DNA from: Octopus sinensis
Taxonomy: Eukaryota
Direction: 5' to 3'
Length of the DNA: 64,000 bases
Assembly: GCF_006345805.1 (NCBI RefSeq)
Contig: NC_043018.1
Coordinates: 4,526,001 to 4,590,000 of the forward strand
Position numbers and translations under genes: made by a program
The notes under the pieces: generated by a model
The model's input: the letters and a program-made list of their open reading frames with translations, nothing else
What the model was told of the DNA's origin: nothing
Database searches by the model: none
Shown here: one piece after another, positions 62,697 through 64,000 of the stretch
Layout of the letters: each line of letters begins with the position of its first letter
Position numbering within the stretch: the first letter of the stretch is position 1

Positions 62697-63480
62697 GGCC
62701 TAAACTTCCAAGGGAAGAAGGGCCTTTTTGAGTCTTTTTAGACAAACCCCTCTAGAGATGGTGTCCTGATAAAAATACTGGTGGGTGTGACACCTTATCA
62801 ACACTTCCCACTGCATGAGAGTAATGGATAATAAAATACACAAACAACGGTATAAATGAGGACCGAACAACAGGTGACAGACTTTTGTGCAGCAGATGCC
62901 CTGCAGGTGAGCAGCACAGGCCCTGCAGGTGAGCAGCACAGGCTCAGTCATCATTTTACAGTTGCCAGAACTAAATGGACCAAGATGATGATAAGGTGCA
63001 GAAAGAGACCCTGTGAGATCCCTGACAGCAGGCTGCTGTCTGCTTTCACAGAATCTACTGGAACAAACTAGACTGAACGTTCTGAGAAGTAAAGCGACAA
63101 CAACAACAACTCAGCAGGAAGACACCCAGCAAGAAATGGAAACAGAATTGAATGATGATGATGATGATGATGATGATAGACAAAGAGAATAGAAAGTGCA
63201 AGGTAATTGACTTTACAGTCCCACATGAGGCAAAAGTCAATATAAGTATAGAGAAAAATAGCAAAGAACCAGACCAAGCCACTGAGTTACAGAGGCTTTG
63301 AAAAATTAAAGTAAAATGTATCTCTGTAGTTATGGGAACCATCCCTAAAGATTTGAACAGACGGATAGAAGAAACAGGCATAACACTAATTTAGTGCAGC
63401 TCTGGGAAACAGAATTATTAGGGACATCTACGATATTTAGGAAGGTTCTTAGCATCTAAGGTTTCTTGTTGTAGCCCAAT
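62696..63480 (+). mobile_element. Internally deleted R4/Dong-like element next to (AAT)n
   Basis: 5' piece ..VARTKWTK.. resembles R4 ORF N-termini. The 3' piece DKENRKCKVIDFTVP..ELQRL*KIKVKCISVVMG..LLGTSTIFRKVLSI* is an RLE C-terminus. (AAT)n lies at about 62650-62695. Confidence 0.6.
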
Positions 63481-64000
63481 GTTAGAGATATTTCTTTTCC
63501 AACAGTCTAACCTGTTGTCATCATCATCATCATTTAACATCTGTTTTCTATGCTGGCATGGATTGGATGGTTGACAAAAGCTGGTCAGCAGTTCAGACTC
63601 TAAATGGTCTGTTGTGGCATGGATGCCCTTCCTAATGTTAACCACTTTGCAGAGTGTGCTGGGTGATTTTTACGTACCACCAGCATAGGTGTTTACACAG
63701 CCCAAGCATGAATGCAAGATAGGACAAGACATTTTGGTCCTCTGTTGTATCTGTCTCCATCCCAGTCATTGGTGGAATAAATAAGCTGAATAAACAAAGT
63801 AAATCCAAGATGCTGGATATGTGAGTTGTTAGTAAATGTTAGTCTACTCAAGCAGTACTGACCAAACTCACTCATTTAAGCAGCTTAATACTTGACCTTA
63901 TCCACAAATTTATGAAGTACAAAATACTGAATTTCTTTGACCAGACACAGAAGCAGAGAATTATTGTAAAAGAGAAGATATTTTTTCTTGTGCACATTAG

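Overview
AT-rich, microsatellite- and retroposon-dense eukaryotic DNA. The repeat complement (tRNA-derived SINEs, RTE LINE tails ending in (GAT)n, dense (TA)n/(CATA)n/(GATA)n) resembles an octopus (coleoid cephalopod) genome; this is inferred from recognition, not from a search. Two spliced protein-coding genes were reconstructed by hand, with GT-AG junctions and consistent reading phase. DPM2 is on the + strand (4 coding exons, 33992-38042, 85 aa). DNAAF5/HEATR2 is on the - strand (9 coding exons, 62634 down to 41362; its 5' end lies beyond the right edge). The two genes are tail-to-tail. Most ORFs in the supplied track are microsatellite artefacts. The rest of the window holds a degenerate tRNA-Lys(CTT) and relics of RTE, R4/Dong-like and CRE-like LINEs, Penelope-like elements (GIY-YIG), Tc1/mariner, hAT and Helitron elements and MITEs. 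The most notable signal is a set of at least six type-I hammerhead-ribozyme-like motifs. They share the catalytic core layout but have different, fully base-paired stems. Two have an intact core and lie about 170-190 nt downstream of a long hairpin. Four are minimal forms with core substitutions inside short (TA)n-associated elements. Also notable are a 7x32-bp GC-rich minisatellite at the probable DPM2 promoter, a perfect 66-bp inverted repeat around a Penelope endonuclease relic, a head-to-head RTE pair next to a DNAAF5 exon, and sharp CpG-retained versus CpG-depleted domains.
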